The notes under the pieces were generated by a model. That model did not search any database and was not told the DNA's origin. It was given only the letters and a program-made list of their open reading frames with translations. The position numbers and the translations under genes were made by a program. Below are positions 24,835 through 38,769 of a stretch of DNA of 63,946 bases, one piece after another (position 1 is the stretch's first letter; each line of letters begins with the position of its first letter). This stretch comes from Octopus bimaculoides. Lineage: Eukaryota. Location: NCBI RefSeq assembly GCF_001194135.2, contig NC_068986.1, forward strand, positions 114,409,944 through 114,473,889, read 5' to 3'.

Positions 24835-25262
24835 GTGAGTATTGCACCACCGCTTCTTATTGGCTGGAAAAGAAAAGTAATTTTCCTCAGTTTGGTGCCA
24901 TGACGGAAAAGTATGTCTAATGCATATGATTAAAGAGATTGAAGATAGACGTTTCCCTCTTTGGTCATACTCTTTCTTCGGCTTCTTCAAATTCTTCCGA
25001 GAGAAAGGGATGTGTGGCGAATGAGATTTTGCATCCAGTAAGTAAATTTGCTTAAAAAAAAAGCAAGTGAGACTGGCGAGTATAGCCCCGAAGGAATGGG
25101 GTTACCATCAGTATAAGCCTGAGGATACAATGAGGAAAGAGTATTTACTCCTGAAAGTTTAAGTAACCTACAACGATAAGATTCAGTGATTGTCCCTTGG
25201 TTGTGACCCTGAATTGGAGCGTCTATTGTATTTTGTTGGTCTCCATGCATGGTTTTCTACAT

Positions 25263-25308
25263 ATAGGCGCAGGCGTGGCCGTGTGCTAAGAAGTTTGCTT
25301 TCCAACTT
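25263..25308 (+). mobile_element. SINE family B head, truncated
   Basis: aggcgcaggcgtggccgtgtgctaagaagtttgc. Confidence 0.6.
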
Positions 25309-25465
25309 AGTTTTATTAAAGAATAATAGAAAATAACAACCGACCAGGACAGCACAGAGTATCAAACAGTGAACCAATGAAAACAGAGGACATATTACAA
25401 GAGTCTTATTCATTCAATTCAATATATTACATTTCAGTCATGCATTTACTCTTCCATTTCTAAAG

Positions 25466-25583
25466 TCACTTCTGTAAGATTCATGGAAAATTACATATGG
25501 AAAACATCCGAACATTACATCTGAACACCATAGCTGCAGCCGGAGGGATTACAACATCAGCTTCATGCAAATGTCGCCATAAG
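25466..25583 (+). CDS. Plus-strand gene exon (118 nt, phase 2 to 0): HFCKIHGKLHMENIRTLHLNTIAAAGGITTSASCKCRHK
   Basis: Acceptor tttactcttccatttctaaag, donor AAG|gtacat, phase matches 24834. Confidence 0.75.
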
Positions 25584-26254
25584 GTACATATTCTTCATTC
25601 ATGCATCATTCCTAACAACTTTCATATTTTCATTTCCATCAATTTAATGATTGCTCTACTTTCTATGTCGACCGTTTGGCATGAGAATTAGCCATAAGTT
25701 GCAGAAATTACCATCTCTATACACATCCTCAAGGACAGTTATGGGGATAGAATTACAATCAATCTCCATCACACAATGAATATACTTCATTCCTTATCAT
25801 TCATTTTCCTTTTCCTACTTCAAAAATTACTTCTCATTTTTTAGATTTCCGTAAAGACTTATAAATAGAATTCAAACTAAGTTATTTATCAATACCGGAT
25901 AAAAACCAGAAGGGATTACTGTATCAAATACCACAAATTGCCAGAATGCCTTTGATCATAATCATTCTAACCTTGATCACCCTATCTTTTCATGTTATAT
26001 ATAGACTACACTATGCCATGATTCCTTAAGACGATAGGGTGAGACCTGATTATAATTCGATCACAAACCATGCAGAGGTACCAAATGTCAAAAACTATCT
26101 GAAATTAAAGGGAAGTGCATAAGCATGAAAGAAACTCACTGATTGGATTCGTGGTATTTTTATTGAAAAGTGTCGACTACAGGAATATATAATGCAATGA
26201 CATCAAGGCAAAACACTATCTTCGAGATAATGCGCTCGCACTGGTATCTATTTA

Positions 26255-26685
26255 AAGGGTGGAATTGGTAGAATCGTTAGAGCGTTAGATAACATTCTGA
26301 GTTCAAATACTGCCGTTGGCAACTTTACCTTTTTTATTTTCTCCCAGGCTCGATATAATGAAATACCAGTCAAGTACAGATGATGATTTAGTCGATAGTC
26401 CTTGCCCACTCAATTTCTGCCAATGTGCTTATATTAGAAAATATAAGAACGGTGGAATGATCAGAAAGTGCAGCGGACGATTGGCAGTAGGATTAGTGCG
26501 TTGGACAATGTAAAATACCTTCTGGTATTTATTGCAGCTCTTTACGTTCAGAGCTCAAATCCCGCCGAGGTTAATTTCGTCCTTCATCTGTTTGGAGTCG
26601 ATAAATTAAGTAACAGTTGATCCCTGAAATTGATGTAATCGACTTTCTTCCTCTAAAATTACTGGTCTTGGCTCAAAATTTGAAT
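26255..26685 (+). mobile_element. Two degenerate SINE family A copies (26255-26430, 26470-26685)
   Basis: ggtagaatcgttag..gagttcaaat and gagctcaaatcccgccgagg..gtcgataaattaagta motifs. Confidence 0.7.
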
Positions 26686-26944
26686 AATTATCATTATTAA
26701 CAGAATTAAATCTGGCAGATGCATAATCAGTAGAGTACAAGATGGTTTTGTGATATTTCGTTCCCAGTGTTCAAATCATCTCGCTGTAAATTTCACCTTT
26801 CACGCAGTTATATATCGTGGGTGGATACAATAAAATATGCACCGCAGTTGCCATCATCATCAGCATCAGCATCATTCTCATCACCACCACCATCTTAATC
26901 GTACATCATCCTAATCCTCATCGCTAGTTTTATAGCATAGTAAA

Positions 26945-27015
26945 TGAAGGCGCATGGCTTAATAGTTAGGATGTCGCACTCACGATCGTAAGATCGTAGT
27001 TTCGATCCCCAGTTC
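26945..27015 (+). mobile_element. tRNA-like SINE head, related to family D
   Basis: ggcgcatggcttaatagttagg..gtttcgatcccc; no acceptor stem or CCA end. Confidence 0.6.
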
Positions 27016-27084
27016 ACTCATCTGTAATAGCTGGGAAGTTAACCCAGCGATGAACTGACGTCTTGTTCAGAGGGAAGTGCTGTA

Positions 27085-27290
27085 ATCATTCATTCACTCC
27101 AATGCCATGGAAGCGGAGTGAAGTTCGGATCTTATGAGTTACAGAGCTCATGACAGAGCTAAGTCTAAGACGAGGAAAATCAGCAACCATGACTTTTTTT
27201 TTTCTGTCGCCTCCGAAACATGGGCGCCTGTCACAAATCCTTATAACAGAAAGGACCCCGATGCAAGTATCCCAGGGACAGGTAATCGTG
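27085..27290 (-). mobile_element. Possible RTE LINE 3' end
   Basis: SSVTHKIRTSL resembles the VH.VTKSRTRL tail of RTE-BovB; ends in tgaa repeats. Confidence 0.35.
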
Positions 27291-27344
27291 TTAAGCAGCA
27301 ACGGATTTATATATTAATGTAGAGCCCTGTTCTTTTATTGACAG

Positions 27345-27504
27345 CTGATTCTCACGATTCACTACTTGAAATGTTACGTTTGCGTAGGTCAGGCAAACAA
27401 TGGTGAGAATAATATTCCATTAAGAAATACATGGCGAGGACAGCACGATGGAGATGAGCAAAGCATTTGGATGCAATCGCTGCCTCAATTCGTTGACGAT
27501 GTGG
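27345..27504 (+). CDS. Plus-strand gene exon (160 nt, phase 0 to 1): LILTIHYLKCYVCVGQANNGENNIPLRNTWRGQHDGDEQSIWMQSLPQFVDDV
   Basis: Acceptor ctgttcttttattgacag, phase matches 25583; donor gtaatt, with an alternative gtgaga donor near 27403 or read-through to the stop at 27572. Confidence 0.6.
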
Positions 27505-28079
27505 GTAATTTTATTTTGTATTTAAGGAGCGTGGGCTTTGTTATTCAAGGCATCGTTTTGAAAGATGCATGAATGACTGATACAAGCAAGGTATACAACG
27601 TCTGAGAGAAGAAGCTGTGTTATAATTTTTTTTTTTTTGCGTCAAAACGTACATATATACACATACTTATACTTACATATGCAAACACACACACACACAA
27701 ACACATCAAGACCGCTTTGTGTTTACAAGATAGGACTAACTCTTAGCGTTTATTTGAAAGATAGCCTCAAACAACATAATTATTATTTTTGAAATGTTTA
27801 AAAATTTTTTTTTTTAATTTCTGAATTCACAATACAAATTTGATTGATTCACTTCGAATTTTGATTAATAATTAATATAAATCTGTCTGTGTTGATTTTA
27901 GAAATAATAAACTAGTTGTCCATTGAAACATTTGTAACCATTTTCCATTTGGTATTTGAATTTCGTTAAAGTGGATATTGTTTTTCTTCCTTCCGAAATA
28001 AAGTACCAGTTATGTAATGGTTCGATGTAATCATCTATAAACCCGTCCTGTTACCTGAAATAATTCGAGCAATATCAGA

Positions 28080-28720
28080 TGTCAATATTAGTTCATTTAT
28101 TGACGTTCATTCAAGGCGATCTGCAGTGTTATTTCATCTGGTGTCAAGTCATGTACAGAAGACACCGCTTCATTATAAACAAAGTGGATTTCAGTCATTC
28201 GATCATGAGTATTCAGTTGTTCGAGCAATTGAATAATGCACTCCAGGTTTATATACAAAGCGGTCGCAATGAATAGGTCTTTATATATTTACCTGCATTT
28301 TGTCCTAAATCTATTTTGTAACTAAGATATTTTCGACACTGCTTCGGGCCTTTGAGAAGCTGCAGGTATACTGTTTTCTTGTATTGACAGGACTATTCAT
28401 TTAAGTATGACATTGACAAAAATCTTCACAGCAATTTGCAGAAGAGCTTTCTCCTACTATTGGAACAAGCAGATCTGTCTCCCTTATTTTGTAGATAATG
28501 GCGATGTTAGTCTACTTCCAATGTTGAGTTATATACACATGCTTTCATAATTCTGTGACTTAAGGCTGAAGCACCCTTGTATAGAGGTACACGTTCATCT
28601 AAAAGATCTCTGCCAGGACATTGTCCGGTTCAGAAGATTTTCTTATGTTGATATAGGACTATTTTCAGCAAAGATCGACGGTTCGTCAAGGTGGTGGATG
28701 ATGGACATTTCACAAAATTT
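28080..28720 (-). mobile_element. Decayed RTE LINE RT fragment
   Basis: PDNVLAEIF..NIAIIYK..Q..F.KARS..IQDK..WSALF.LLEQL with many stops. Confidence 0.65.
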
Positions 28721-28957
28721 CTTCATAACTGCTATTTTGAAATTGGTGGAATGTTCCTGCTGACGTTTAATCTTTGAAAGTACCAAACTTTGCATAGAAA
28801 AGTGTTACATACACAAAACATAGCAAATTTGAGTATCAATACAAATATATAGAATATCTTAAAAAGAGAAAATATATTTACTTTAGCTTATATTTTATTA
28901 AAAAATATCTTCTTTATTAATTGTCTCATTATACCTATTCCTTATTCTATCACAAAG

Positions 28958-29030
28958 TTATTGTGGTGAATTCCACTTCGTGAAGTTAATGTCTTGGAGT
29001 AAAGATTTAGATCTCATTAGAGCACCTAAG
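28958..29030 (+). CDS. Candidate plus-strand exon (73 nt, phase 2 to 0): YCGEFHFVKLMSWSKDLDLIRAPK
   Basis: Acceptor ccttattctatcacaaag, donor AAG|gtaaat; needs an intervening phase 1 to 2 exon (27972-28002 would fit). Confidence 0.5.
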
Positions 29031-29589
29031 GTAAATGATTTCAAAGATGCGAAATTTTAAACTTTTATGTTGTTGAATAAGAAGAAAACACTTTCAGCAG
29101 TTACTGAGAAACGAGGCAGTGAAAGAAGGTTAATCATAAATTTTAACAATAAAGAGAAGCAATATACGTTTGAAATATGCTAAACCAAAATTTTTCAGGA
29201 ATTATTTCTGCATTAGGAGATTGATCTTGCAATATTAACTCCTTTCTGTCCTTTATTAATTCGTTGATAATTTTCTTCATGGACGAGATTGGAGAATAAT
29301 CATAACTAATGAGATAATTGAGTTTGGTCCTCCCTTGTTATCACTGATGGAGTCAAACGCCTCAAGCATCTCCAATTTAACAAACAGTTCACAAAAGTAA
29401 AAAGTGCTGAAAAATTGAATTTTTAGGCAAGCAGATATTTCAAATATTTACTCGAAATTTTTGCAGTTATTTGAGGGAACTGTTTGTTGAATTATCCAGA
29501 TAAATGTTTTCTACTGTTGAACCACAATAAATGTCAACTAACATGAAATATTTCAAAAATTCATCAACGCGAATTCTATGTATTTTATG

Positions 29590-31460
29590 TATGCATGTAA
29601 GTATGTATGTAAACCAAGATATCTTGCCAATAGAGAAAGGACCGGTTTCTAACCTAGATCCAAGGCTCTTCATCATTGGAATTTCAACATCAACAACACG
29701 GTATTTTTGTATGCATATATATGTGCAGATTTGTATGTTTTGTTTTATGTATGTCTTCTTATGCATATACTTGCATATCTAGACGTGCTCATACATACTT
29801 AGATGGTAAACTTCTGGAACGTTTTACAGATTTTTACAGTTCCAATGATGGATTGGATTTGTAGTCTTCAAATCAGCTTTCTCCTTTCTGGTTTTGAGAA
29901 GCCTAATTTCTCAAGATTGGTATTTAGGTAGTGTGTTACATATCCCAGGGCCCCAATAATTACAGGTATAAACATGAACTTGTAATCCGGATAGAGTAAC
30001 TGTAGATTTCTCAATAATTCAGTGCAGGTGTTTTCTTTTTCACTGACCTTCAGCTTTATGTTAACATCTGCTGGGCTGCTGATTTCCACAACTATGCACA
30101 GTTTCTCTTCTCTATCCCAAATCATTATATCAGTTCTGTTGTGCTTACATTTTGTTGGGGTTTTCACTGGAACATTCTACCAGTACTCCTTTTTATTGAG
30201 TGGCTATGGCATTCTACCATACTGTGGGTTCTTATTTCTTTGTCCTAGGGTTTATCCTTCCGACGTGTTTCATTATATAGTGACTTAGCTACAAATCATG
30301 TCTCATCGGTAGATAATACCGTGATAACATTTTCTGACAATTGCTTATGATGTGGGTGATATCTTCGGTGTTAACTCCACAAAGTCTGTATCGGTTGTCA
30401 CATTTTACTGCTTTTCCTGCATCTCTATCCTTTTTGTACATCAGGTATTTATTTGGTTGATATTTCCTGTTCCTGATTGCAAACGCATACCCTTCAAAGT
30501 GGGAGGTAGTAATCGGGTTATTGGTCCACGATAGACTGTTTTGATTATCAATGTTACTATCATCTCTGAGCTTTCTAGTAACATATCCCAGCATAGTCTT
30601 CTGCTCGTATAGTCTCATCCTTTCATCTGATGATACGTTGCGGTAGAGTCGTGCAACTTCTTTGGGCATGTATTCTAGGTTATCAGACAAAGAGTGTTGA
30701 TGAAGGAGCTGCCTTCCAAGTCTTATGATATTATCAGCCTCATGTATGCAAACTTGGTCAAGGAATGGACTTCGATACTCGGTGGTTAAAAGATGTTGCC
30801 GAAGGGATATGATGCGACATTCAAAGGCATTTTGGATCGACCTTAAGCCTCTTCCACCTTGTTTTCGTTTTAGGTAGAGGCGGTCTACGTCACTGTTTAT
30901 GTGGAAATTATGTGTGCTTGTTAGTACTTTCCGGGTTTTCACATCAATGACTCGGATCTCATCAAGCTTCCAATCAAACAGCCCAAATGTTGGTATGCAT
31001 CCTGGCAATGCAAACACATTGTGGGCCATTGCTTTATTGAATGCAGAGAGTTCTGAGGTCTAGATTTTCTTTATTCGACTGTAATATTCTTTAGTGACAC
31101 GTGTTTTGTTACAGGTGCCATTGTAAGATAAGTTTTCATCCACCTCTAGATACCTGTAACATTCCTCATCAGATATAGGGGAAACAATTAAGTCATTGAT
31201 GGAGATGTTGCTTGTCTAGTTTACAGCTTTCCCCTTTTTACAATCATATAACATTTATCCTGACCAAATTCCAACCCTACATCTTTTGAGAATGTTGTAA
31301 CCAGGTCAAGGCTCTTTTTTATCTTGTGCATATTATTTGCATTAAGTTTCATGTCATCCACAAAGAAACAGTGTGTAATTTTGGTATTTCTGTTTCCTTG
31401 TGAACCAGTGCGATATCCTTCTAACTTCCTTAACATGAATGACAAGGAATTCACAGAAAA
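29590..31460 (-). mobile_element. R4/Dong-like non-LTR retrotransposon, ~1.9-kb 3' part (RT end, zinc knuckle, RLE, 3' UTR), decayed
   Basis: THCFFVDDMKL..FSKDVGLEFGQDKC; VDRLYLKRKQGGRGL; RLCGVNTEDITHIISNC..RHD; HNRTDIMIWD..VEISSPAD..VIIGALG. Confidence 0.92.
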
Positions 31461-31476
31461 TAAATGTGTATATATG

Positions 31477-31510
<34 letters not shown>

Positions 31511-31589
31511 CATGCATGTATGTATGTATGTATATATGTATGTATGTATTTACTAACAATATATGTATGTATGCATTTACTAACAAATA

Positions 31590-31790
31590 TAGTGCACCAA
31601 TTATCTTTGGTATAAATGTGAATTTATAATCTAGGTATAGAAGCTGAAGGATTAGAAGCAATATACGTTGCTGTTCTCTTTCTCTTTGGTTTTCGAAGGC
31701 ATATTTACATCATCAGTAAGGCAGCTGATCTCTATGATGGTACATACTTTTTCTTGTCTATCCGAAACAACGATTCAGAGGGATTCTGAA
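31590..31790 (-). mobile_element. Second RLE-domain fragment of the same R4/Dong family
   Basis: IIEISCLTDVNM..LQLLYLDYKFTFIPKIIGAL parallels LQLLYPDYKFMFIPVIIGALG at 29950-30070. Confidence 0.75.
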
Positions 31791-33599
31791 ATGTAATGGC
31801 TTTTTAAATTTAAAATATCGCAATAAATCAAAAGAGGATTCGATAATTTTAAAAGAATTCTATTAGATTTTAAAAATTAAACATTAAAAAAGATTATAAA
31901 TTATTTATTTGATTGCTGTAAATATACATACATATATATATATATATCTTTTTTATGTTCAAGCTTTAGGTTTCTCTGATTTAAAGGACGTTCAATACTT
32001 GCCCCTCCCTACAAGCTTAGGTGGGGCCTGATCCATAGCCCATATTTGTCCTTACATAAATCCAGCCCTTCATGGGGGCCTTGTACAATTTCATGTGGAC
32101 AGGGCACTCTAAGTCAATTTCTACTCACGGTAGTTTATAAATTATAATTTGAAGGTATTTCGAAAATAAAAACTGGTAATAATATTAGTGAGATTAACAA
32201 AATGAATAGCCAATCAAAGTTAGTAATAAGATTATTTGTGTGTATTTAAATAAGAGTTACTATTGACAAATACAACAATATAATCATATTCACAGTTAAA
32301 ACATAATTTTATTGAATAATACAACCTAGCCGAAAATTTGAAAACTTATTAAGTCTAATTAGCATATTTGAGATTTGAATATATAAATGGCTAATTTGCA
32401 TATTTAATTGAATATTGACTTGGGTGTTCTTTGAAAGTAAAAGAAGAAAAAAGGCAAGTTAGTAGAAATAACCAGCATGCCAGTGTACTACTGACAGAAA
32501 TTTAGGTATTTCATGTTTTATATATTCGGGTAAAATTTCTTTTGTAGGATCTATCTTTAAGTCTTTTATACAAATACGCAATAAATTACACGCTTGATTT
32601 GTTTATAAATTCAAAACAAAACTTATAAAATGTGTGATACCTGATGTATTTTTTACTCAATTTATATGCCACTCGGGTTTAAAATTACACAAAGAATTAT
32701 TTTTCACCCAAATTACATTTCAATGTAGATTACGCTATATATATATATATTTATGTCACATTGCCTTAACTACAAATCATGTTTTCCAATGTATGTGAAA
32801 TGTTCACCAAATGAAATTTGTTATACAATCTTTCAAATACAATCAGTTTTATATACGTCCGAAGTATTTGAATTTTGGGCGTGCTGACCTACTAAAAACG
32901 AGACAGCCAGCATTTTTGTCAACGGTTTTATCCTTATCGCTAAGAGATAACCAATATTTCCGTCAACAGTTTTTTTTTTCTTATGATTGTCGTGGTGCAG
33001 CATTTGTCTAAATATCTCTTTTGTTAATCGATCACATTATTCACATATAGATGTTCATTGGCATACTTATAAGCAGACGAAGTCTAGTATTTCCGATATA
33101 GGCTTTGTCTTGATCGTATTCAATCTGATAAACCACTTAAGATCGTAAGTTTTTGTCCACATTGTTGATCAGACAATTATCCAGGATGTAAACATTGTTA
33201 AAATCAGCTGTTCGTTTATTCGATCGGTTATTGATATTGTTGTTGTTTATACCCAAGTAATATCTGATAGAGCACATCTCTAATTAAAAAATGTTCTCAC
33301 TGGGACCACTCCAGATTTAATTCAGACTCTGAGCCCATGACTACATTATCTAATATGATCGTCCTAATTTAAGAGAACACAGAAACATTGAAAGAGATTT
33401 TGCAAGATGGTACTCCACATAAAGATTCCATGAGTGTTCGCTTTTAATGAATAATATTTTTAAGGGAAGGTCGTTAATAGGTTATATATATATTCAAAAC
33501 TTCCTTAAAGATTGTGTCTAATTACACGAAATTATATTAAGAAACAAATACTATAGAGTGACTCGCTTTGTTTGTTTGTTTGTATCATTTCCCTATTCG

Positions 33600-33800
33600 A
33601 TAGCAGAAGGCCGGGTCAGCAAAGCACAACAAATGTTTAGCATTTATTTGCCTTCCTTTACATTCTAAATTGAAACTACTCAGTAATCCATGTTGCCTTT
33701 CATCATTCCTGAAGCTAGAAACACGCAAACACCAGGCAGTGATGTTAAAGGAGATAGTAGATTTAATTCGTTACCCTGTTTAACACCACCAATTGGACTG
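33600..33800 (+). mobile_element. Highly degenerate SINE family A
   Basis: tagcagaagg..tttagcattt..acattctaaattgaaact..gttgcctttcatc. Confidence 0.45.
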
Positions 33801-34601
33801 CAAGTATTTGGGGTTAAGTCCCATGTTTGGAAATATCTTCCTCTTTCCCTACCTCCCATCAGATTTAGAAGCTTTCTAAAGGGTCACAGGCGGTGTCTGT
33901 CCTCCCTGACTTACAAATACAAGAGACCATAGAAAACGATTTATAAAAATATACCCCACCCTTCCAAATCGGTTTTGACATTGCGTCCATGCAGGATATT
34001 CTTTATGTTTCATCTTTAACTTCGTAGTCTGATACATAATTCTTGCTTTATTATACCAAATAAAATTTTCATGATCGGCTCATATAGAAACAAATCTTCA
34101 CCAAAATCTCCAATGGTGCCGTACTGCTTATGATACCCTTGATCTAACGTAGAGAGCGGGCCTTTTTTCCGAACATGCAGTCCAAAATTATGACATTAGA
34201 AGTACCACTCTCGATTGTCGGATTCAGACACTGCGTTAAATTATCCCGTACAATGTGGGACGTATGATCAGCTGTTTGCTCGAACAAATTCAAATTCGAT
34301 TCATGAAGCCCACAGGACTTTTTACCATTCTGACGATGTTCAATTCATAACTGACAAATAATTGCGGGCATTTCAGTTTACAGAAAAATATTTTCATTTT
34401 CTTTTACACACAGCTTTACTCGATTTTGGATGGTAGTGACAACAATTTACTTTCTTTGTGAATTACCCGAAAATGCAACAGCAACCAAAGTTTAAATAAA
34501 TTTGTGTGCGTACGTGTATATATATAGGTGTGTTTGTGTATATATGTGTATGTATATATATATGTGTGTGTGTATACCCATATATGCATGTGTATATATA
34601 C

Positions 34602-34639
<38 letters not shown>

Positions 34640-36422
34640 ATTTATGTGNNNNNNNNNNGTACATGTGTGCATATATATATATATATATATATTATTATTT
34701 GAATGAACGCCACGCATCCATTTCCGGATCCTATAAAATTCAAATGTTTACTGCACAAATTTCTTCAAAAAATCCCGGACCAACCTCCTACACCTGAATA
34801 TGTCTCCAACAACAATAACTTTTTGCTAGAGTGGGCAATGGTGCTCCATAGATGACTAAAAGACTTCACCAGGTGGTGCTATTAAGTTAGACATGGCCTG
34901 GGCCCATACCGACCGAAACCTGTCAAAGTTCTCAAAGTGTGTGTGTAGAGAGAGAGAGAAAGAGAGAAAGTATAAAGAGAGATACATTAATTCATACATA
35001 CATTGGTACATATATATTTGAGTAACGATATTATAGAAATCAGTGTTTTTGAGCATAAGACTAGTAATGAATATAGAGTTTCAGTTGTGCGCTGCCCTTG
35101 ACTAGAGAGAGTGAAGAACAAACTGTTTCCTTGACCTTGTAAACTAATTAAAACGTTATTCTATTGAAATAGACTGCGCTATCATGTCTCTATTGGAAAC
35201 GATGTGAAGGTCTCTCTTCATGGAGGTAATGTAAGTATAACTCGTTGTACTGATGTTTGTGAGCGGAAACTGGATGATGGGTGAGGGAGGAATCACCTAC
35301 ATAGGCGTGTATGTTATTAAAGGGGTCAGCAAGTATGTCGTTAATTTATAGAAGGGAGACTATGTAAGACATTACTGAATTTGCGGTACACTAGAGTTGA
35401 CAGAATGTGGGTCAGAAAGAGAGAGAAAGACCCCTTAGGCACAGGCTGCAACGGTTCAGTCTGCCAGGAAATCTACGATCCAAATGATATATTATATATA
35501 TACATACTAACACACCCAAACATACACTCAAGTGAGCATATACGCATACACACACACACACACACATACATACATACATACATGAAAATATTCATAAATA
35601 CATTCATACATACGTATGTACATATATACATACGTATGTAAGGGTCTCAATAAATACAGGCAACTGCAAGCACACAAGCTGTATGATGGAGTGATTTCAA
35701 GTTAACTTCCGTTGCAAATAAATCTTCATACAACACTTATTTAAACTCCCACCGTATTTCAATACCCTTTTATACACTCCCTCTCAGTCCCTTTCTCTCT
35801 CTCTCTCTCCTTGTACTATCTCTCTTCCTCTCCCTCGCATTCCTACCTCTCCCCATTCCACCGTCTCTCCTATCCACACCAACATAAACTACAATAAAAT
35901 AGCTACGTCAAATTTCCTTTTAAAAAGAAAGAAAACATGGAAGGAAGGAAGGAAGAAAGGGAGGAAGGAAAGGCAGAGTAGGAACATAACAGGAAGACAG
36001 GATGAAAGACGGTTAACCTCCCCTGTCCAACGACATCTCCGATTTTCTTTCTTTGTTTTTTTTATTCCTGCTAGGTGCAATCTAAACGTAAGAAGCTGGT
36101 AAAAACTTCCAAGATATGATGGATACATGTCTTTCATGTTCCTACACTGGTTCCTGACTTTTATAGCTGATGCTGTGGTGTGTATTTCTTGGTGTTCTTG
36201 TTGCTCTTCTTTATAATTCTACGGTGTGAACTAAAAGAACCCAGACGTTCCCTGGTTACATCAATGCAGCATGGCACGGCTGGAGGGAACGGCACTAGTA
36301 TTAAGGTAGCGAAATCGTTGTGATATCTAGCTGATAGCTGATGAAGGGAGTGTCTCTCGAAGTGCAGGCCGTAACTAAAATAAGTAGATTGTGTGTGTGT
36401 GTGTATGTGTGGACGCGCGCGA

Positions 36423-36458
<36 letters not shown>

Positions 36459-36552
36459 CAACAGCACAATTTCTGTCATACCTATTAAAAGCAAGCTTAT
36501 ATTTTTAGCTTTGCAAATATATTTATAATTCGTATATTGCTCTCTCTCTCTT

Positions 36553-36605
<53 letters not shown>

Positions 36606-37243
36606 TGCATGCAGACACACATACGCACATACCAAATCACAAATACTGACGTAATTTCTTCATTGTTAACGCATACGTTACACACCCACACACACAAAAC
36701 ATACATAAATGTATAAGCTACATACATGCACACATGCATTCGTGCGCACACACATACATACATACATACATAAATACATACATACATACATATATACATA
36801 CATAAATACATACATACATACATACATACATACATACATACATACATACATACATGCATACATACATACATGCATGCATACATACATACATACATACATA
36901 CATACATACATACATACATACGTACGTACATACATACTCACAGACAGACAGACCTTTCTTATTCATGGTTCGCAGCCAGACGCACTGAAGGTTAAATATA
37001 AGTCTACTACTGCCTGCCTGTATTTTACTCTTTACTTATTTAACTATGACATTTTTGCTAATATTATTATTGTTGTTGCTGCTGGTTGCTGCTGTTGTTG
37101 TTGTTGTTATTATTATTTCGTAATTTCAAGGTTGTCTAGCTGCACTGTATGGTATGTGTGCGTGTGCCTGTATGTGTGTATGTGTGTGCGTGTGTGTGTG
37201 AATGTATGTATTTATGTATGTATACCTATATAGAAAAACATAT

Positions 37244-37285
<42 letters not shown>

Positions 37286-37293
37286 CGATAGAC

Positions 37294-37338
<45 letters not shown>

Positions 37339-38427
37339 TATAGATAGATAGATAAATAGATAGATAGATAGATAGATAGATAGATGCATATGTGGGGGTA
37401 CAGGACGTCACCAACGATGCAAATAACAGGAAATGCGTAATATGTACGTATGTGTGTATGTATGTGTGTATGTATGTACGTACATCATTGATTGTTTGCC
37501 CAGCCAAAGATCTACAATGTGCAAGACATTGTAGATCTTTGGCTGGGCTAAAAAGTCACATTCGATCACAGCACCGTTAAGTTAAGCTTCGTGCAATGGC
37601 CATACTCGATAACGAGGGGGCAGCCATCATGTATGTATGCATGTATATATGCATGTATGTATGTATGTATGTATGTATATTAATACACACACACAAACAC
37701 ACACGAAGAAACGCGCACACAAATACATAAACTTTTATTTCTCCTATATTTTATTATAATCTCTTAATACATATATTGCTTGACTGAATTTTTAGGGGAG
37801 TTGTTCTTTCAGTTTCGATGTTAATTGTTATTCCTTTTGTTGTTATGACTCTTGTGGTTGTTCTTTGGTGGGATGGGTGTTTGGTTTGTCTCAGGGCCTT
37901 GAGTATGATGTGAAGTCGCTTGGAGTAAAATGCAAGCAGGTGTAATGTGCGTGATTAGATACATTAGGCACATTTCACTGTATCCCACACACACATGCAC
38001 ATATAATACATACGTCTGTGCTTGTGTGCGTGATACAGCGAAATAGTAATGTATTAAATAACAAACAACATAAATTTTTTATTTATTAAAATTATCTCCA
38101 CCTCTAGAGGACATGTCACATTTACCAAATGACAATTAAGACCAGCTCTGTGTGAGAAATGGGGATAATCTCAAAAACAAGAATTCTCCAAATCTCGACA
38201 TGCCATTAAGGAAGAAGATATCTCAGTATCTGAAGATAAGAGAACAGTTGTGGACATGTGTTTCTCTCTCAACAGGTTTCATCAGTACGATATTTATCCT
38301 ACCCTCTCTATCTCTAGCAGCCAAAGGTCATGAATATAAACAAAAATAGTTGAGCACATTTATTTGTGAAGTAAGTTGCATATGATAAACAAAAATTAGC
38401 TATGAGAAATAACTCTTTCTCTCTCTT

Positions 38428-38531
<104 letters not shown>

Positions 38532-38769
38532 TTCTTCCGTCTCCCACTTCTCTCGTATACTTTCATTTATTCAAAGTAGGTACTTCTACTAACAGTCGAC
38601 TTCAGCAAAGCGGTCACCTTTAGGTGTAGGTTTTACTTGGTTTGGGCGATTGATAGAAGCGAAAATTTTGGGTCACATATTCACATATCAAAGTACAAAC
38701 ATTAGCATTATTATCCCTACTATTCTTACAAGTTATTACAAGTTACATTAGAAAGGATGATACCATGCG

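Noticed and set aside
28079-28276. Plus-strand ORF / apparent exon
   Set aside because: Antisense to a decayed RTE RT
36338-36370. CTGATGA..GAAG hammerhead-like string
   Set aside because: GAAA is broken, no stem I, no UH site
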